Both the position numbers and the translations under genes were made by a program. This document shows, one piece after another, positions 59,477 to 64,000 of a DNA stretch of 64,000 nucleotides. The notes below the pieces were generated by a model. That model did not search any database. It saw only the letters and a list, made by a program, of their open reading frames with translations, and had not been told where the DNA came from. This stretch comes from Chiloscyllium plagiosum (lineage: Eukaryota), in assembly GCF_004010195.1 (NCBI RefSeq), contig NC_057720.1, positions 34,899,992 to 34,963,991 of the forward strand, in the 5' to 3' direction. Each line of letters opens with the position of its first letter. Positions within the stretch are counted from its first letter, which is position 1.

Positions 59477-59725
59477 TGACGCGGAAGTCCAGTCCTCCTC
59501 AAGATTCTCTCCCGGTTTGAAATAAAGTTTCTTCTAAATGGAGACTACAAGTCCCAGTTTCAAGCTAAGTTTCAAAACTTTCAGAGATGATTGCATTCCT
59601 GTTTTAGCTGAACACACTGAATTTGCATTTTGCAGATAGAGGATCCTGAGCCTGGGTTTTGCTGTTCAGCTAGAGCCTGGGATGGAATTGCGTAAGAGTG
59701 AATGGGAATTCACTTTAAAATGGTG
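59477..59725. promoter_or_regulatory. Probable Pol II promoter motif cluster
   Basis: CRE half-site TGACG (59477-59481) directly abutting ETS CGGAAGT (59482-59488); ACTACAAGTCCCAG (59544-59557, the ZNF143/THAP11-associated ACTACAnnTCCCAG motif); YY1-like AAAATGGTG (59717-59725); locally more CpGs. Confidence 0.55.
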
Positions 59726-61234
59726 CGCAATTCACAAATCGCATTACTACCAAACTGTACTCAATAAACACGCGTTATAGAACTACCTGTACACATCATC
59801 AGCAGGCTCAAGGCTTCTCTGAAGTAAGGACTTGAATGTAAGTGTAATAATTGGGAGGTGAGGAGTGTTGGTACCTGCTGCATCAAAGGAAGCCATCGGT
59901 TTCAATCTATTTATAATAATCTGCCTACATTGCCAGCAGGGACCTTGTGGCACATTCTGAGGATGGGGGAGGAGAATGGGAAGCAGCCCTGAGGAGATCA
60001 GCACCTTTCTCCAGTAGCTCTTGGCTCCACATGTATTTCTTTTAAGACCGTACCTTGTTTTGAAAACCATTTGCGTAGTGGCCCAACATAAGTGGAGTTG
60101 GCCTGAAGTCTACATGCAGGAGCAACCCGGTTTCAGAAAAAAGTCAAACTTCAGGTTAATACAGAGTCAGAAATGCCTGAAAAATTGTCAGGTCCAATGA
60201 AGGATTGGCACAGGACACATGATAAATTGATCCTTTGTTGCCCCATCTCCACCTGGCCCATTTTCCATCTTATTGTATTCAAATCTGCATTCAAATCTGC
60301 ACCCCATTGTTAGAACTATTGGCATTCATCTGTACATTTGTGGATGACTTCTATTATGTTAGTAAAACTTATTATTATACTTGTGCACCTTCTGAGGATC
60401 TGAGAAAAGACAATGGCTTACTAGAAGCATGCAACACAAGAATATGCTATTTGATCCTGTGCCAGCTCTTTCTTAGTGCAACCATAATCAAATCTCACTG
60501 CCCACAGTCTCTTCCCATAATTTCTCTTCATAATAAAAAACACAGATTTTAACATGGAAGTGAGCTGAGGAGGGAGGAGATGGATACGCAGGATCTGAAA
60601 TGGGTTTTAAATACACCATCTCAGTTACTAAAGGGATACTATCATTAGAAAAAAATAAAATTTGATGGTATTACATCTAAGCAACACTGCCTAGATACTG
60701 CTCAGAGAACCAGTGATAAATTTTCTTGGAAACCTTAGATCTTGTATTGAGAGAAAGCTCAGCAGTACAGATTCTACAAGGGGTATTGAAAGCAATAGGG
60801 TAATCTATTTAGTTCACTCCTTCTTTTTGTTCTCAAACCACCAAGTTTCTACAGAGTAGAACTGTATGTATTTGACGCAGAAACTATGTCAACGCCCATT
60901 CCAAGTTTGGAACAAATTAGCAACCAAGAAATCACCACGTCAGTCTTCACATTGGAACAAACTATCTAATGTCTGGCTTTCACACAAACCATTTGACTGG
61001 AGGGTAACCAAAGGATACAGGCTTAAATAACAGAATCTAAGAGAAAGAGGAGAAGCATTCATATTCTGCAACAGGTTGTTATGGTCTGGAATGTACCGAT
61101 GAAGGAAGGTGGGAGCAGATTGAATAGTAAGAAAGTTGCATTTTTTAAAAAATATGGCTGTTTTAGAATGGAAGTAAAATTTAAGAAACTAGTCTTCAAA
61201 GAGTTGACGGAGGAATGATAGACTCAATGGCCTC

Positions 61235-63365
61235 CTTTTTTATTCATACATGGGACGTGGGTATCCCTGGCTGAGCCAACATTTATTATACATTTTCAGT
61301 TGACCTTGCAAAGATAATAGTGAATTGCCTTCTTGAATTACCGAAGTCCATTTAGATAGGGCACTGACACTGCTGTTCCAGGATTTTGATCCAGGGACCA
61401 CTAAAGGAACAGTATTTCCAAATCAAGATGGTGAGTGACTTGAAGGACAACTTACAACTGGTGAGGTTCCTACATATCTGCTACCATTGCCCTTTTATGT
61501 CATGGTGTTCGAAGGTGCTATCTGAGAAACCTTGGTGAATGTCTGCAATGTATCTTGTAGATGACACTGCTGCTACTATACATTGGTGTTGGAGGGAGTG
61601 AATGTTTGCAGATATACAAGGATATTGCCAGGGTTGGCGGGTTTGAGCTATAGGGAGAGGCTGAATAGGCTGGGGCTGTTTTCCCTGGAGCGTCGAAGGC
61701 TGAGGGGTTGTCGGCCTGTTGTTCACCACCCCCACCCCCGCCTTAGTTGAAGCAAAATGCTTAAAGACATGGTATAGTTTTACCTCCTTTATCTTTATTC
61801 CAGGCCTTGGAGGGAGAGAGAACAATCGCCCATGTGCACAGAGACATGAGTTCTCAGTCTTCTCTGGAAAAGTGGTTTCTTAACGAATTATACAGTCATT
61901 TTACAGAGAGGGGCATCCTTACATATTGAATTTTCCAATATTGTTAAATGGCTCTACATAATGAATGCTTTTTCACCTCATTAACATATTACCCTTGCCT
62001 CCAGTACCACATTGTTAACTGCGTGTTCTTATTTGATCTGAGTCATGTTCAACTGAATCTCTTCTTTCTCAAAACTAAACTTTTTCCCTACCTGCTTCTA
62101 CCCTATACATTTTTTAGAGGGCATAGTTTAGGGTGAGATGGGAAGGTATATAAAAGCGACCTAAGGAGCAACTTTTTCATGCAGAGGATGGTGCGTGTAT
62201 GGAATGAGCTGCCAGAGGAAGTGGTGGAGGCTGGTACAATTACAACATTTAAAAGGCATTTGGATGGATATATGAATAGGAAGGGTTTGGAGGGATATGT
62301 GCCAAGTGCTGGCAAATGGGACTAGATTAGATTGAGATATCTGGTTGGCATGGACAAGTTGGATCGAAGGGCCTGTTTCTGTGCTGTACATCTCTATGAC
62401 TCTATGACTCTACATAAAGCTAAAAAGGAAGCTGCATTGTCGTGGATAATGTTAAGCTCCTTGAACATTGTTGGAGCTGCACTCATCCAGGTAAGTAGGA
62501 AGAAATCCATGACACTCCTGACTTGCACCTTGTAGATGGTGGACAGGCTATGGGGAGTCAGGAGGTGAGTTACTCACTGCAGGATTCCGAGCTTCTGAAC
62601 TGATCTTGTACCAACAGTTTTATATGTCTAGTGCTGATCAGTTTCTGGTCAATGTAACCGCCAAGTTGATGATAGTGCACGGTTTGGTGAAGATAACGCC
62701 ATTGAATGACAAGGAGTGCTGGTTAGGTTTTCCCTTGTTGGAAATGGCAAATTGCCTGACACTTGTGGGGTGTAAATGGTACCCACCATTTTTCAGCCAA
62801 ATCCTGGTTATTGGACTATTTCAGTACCTGAGGAGTTGTGAATGGTGCTGAACATTGATAACTGCACAATTAGCATCCCCACGTCTGACCTTAGGATGGA
62901 AGAAATGTTATTGATAAACCTTAGGCCTAGGACACTACTTTGTAGAATAGCTACAGAGGTGGCCTGGAGTTGACATGATCTCCAACCATCACAATCAGTT
63001 TCCTTTTTGCTAAAATGACTCTAACCATTGGAGATAATGCCTCTCGTTCCCATTGACTCAGATTTGTTAGAGTTCTTCAATACCACACCAAGTCAAATAC
63101 AATCAAGGGCAGTTGGTCTTACCTCTCCTTTGAATTTAGCTCCCTTGTGCATGTTTGAACAAAGGCTAGAATGATGTAAGGAACTGAGTGGCCTTGCTGG
63201 AACGTGAACTAAGCTTCACAGGTTATTGCAACGCAAATGCTGCTTGATGGCATTGTTAAAGACTCCTTCCATAACTGATGACTGAGAAAAGACTAAATGT
63301 GGCAGGAATTAACCGGCTTGTATATTTTCCACTTTTTGTGTAGATAATATATTTTGGCAGTGTGA
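61235..63365 (-). mobile_element. L2/CR1-type LINE interrupted at 61614-62411
   Basis: 3' tail (rc) 'aataaatgttggctcagccagggatacccacgtcccatgtatgaataaaaaa'; 'NIHSLQHQCIVAAV'; continues at 62412 toward RT motifs. Confidence 0.75.
61614..62411 (+). mobile_element. Chimeric CR1 3' insertion with ~400 bp of foreign sequence (61710-62113)
   Basis: CR1 'tacaaggatattgccaggg...gctgagggg' at 61616-61707 and 'tagagggcatagtttagggtgag...ctctatgactctatgactc' at 62115-62410. Confidence 0.85.
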
Positions 63366-63374
63366 TTATGATAA

Positions 63375-63865
63375 CACAAGAGAGATTGCAGAGGAAATTT
63401 ATCAAGATGTTTCCTGGGCTGGAGAATTTTAGTTAAGAAGAGAGTTTGGACAGACTGGGATTGTCTTCTTTCGAAGAGACGAGACTGAGGGGGTCATGAA
63501 TGAAATGTATAAAATTATGCGGAGTATAGACAGGATGAAACTCTTCCCTTTAGTGGACAGATCATTGATCAGGCGTGATAGATTTAAGGTGTGGGATAAA
63601 AGATTTAAAGGGGATAGGAGGAAAAGAATCTTTACCCAAAGGGCAATGGGAATCTGAAACTCTGTCTGTAAAGGTGGTAGTGTTAGAAACCCTCATAACA
63701 TTCAAAAAGTATTTAGATGTGCATTTGTGATGCCAAGGCAATTGACCAAGTGCTGGTAAATGGTATTAGAATGGTTAGGTAGTTGTTTTTGACCAGCGCA
63801 AATATAATGGTTCAAAAAGCTTTTTCTGTCTGTAGTCCTCTATGAACCCTATGACTATGACTCTA
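63375..63865 (+). mobile_element. Older CR1 3' fragment
   Basis: 'tgcagaggaaatttatcaagatgtttcctgggctgg...gagactgaggggg...ctatgactatgactcta'. Confidence 0.8.
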
Positions 63866-64000
63866 TTATCAGGTACATGCTAAAGTTTTATGATTTATGA
63901 TTCTAAGGTTAATAGAATGCAACACAGGCATATTGGCATGCCAAGGGATAGCTGTGGTCGCATTGGTAACATACTCACCTTTAAAATCAGAAAGTTGCGT

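Noticed and set aside
1..64000. CRISPR arrays, operons or other prokaryotic systems
   Set aside because: No regularly spaced repeat-spacer array; the content is vertebrate retroelements.

Overview
Eukaryotic, repeat-dominated vertebrate DNA, most likely from a shark (inference from HE1/V-SINE-type SINEs, HER1-type CR1 LINEs with (ACTCTATG)n tails and a SacSINE1-like DeuSINE). Four N-gaps all fall inside young repeats. Most long ORFs in the track are retroelement fragments: many CR1 LINEs, including one near-full-length copy with a 5' inversion; a full-length but inactivated L1 with a TSD; L2-type and Rex1/Babar LINEs; a decayed Harbinger transposase; and Penelope-like elements (PLEs) with a GIY-YIG endonuclease. 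The most striking non-ORF signal is about a dozen short PLE-derived insertions from three sequence families. Each family carries a minimal hammerhead ribozyme core (CUGANGA-A-stem II-GAAA-NN-UH) with co-varying stems. They occur as 90-200 bp mini-insertions or fold-back hairpins whose breakpoints cluster on the ribozyme. PLE hammerheads are a known class, so the novelty is in the mini-element architecture. Host-gene evidence is limited and no gene could be named: one fairly convincing minus-strand exon (24722-25026) with an AKAP-like amphipathic helix, several weak exon candidates, and a probable promoter (CRE half-site/ETS/ZNF143 motifs) near 59.5 kb. Boundaries of old repeats are approximate by-eye estimates.
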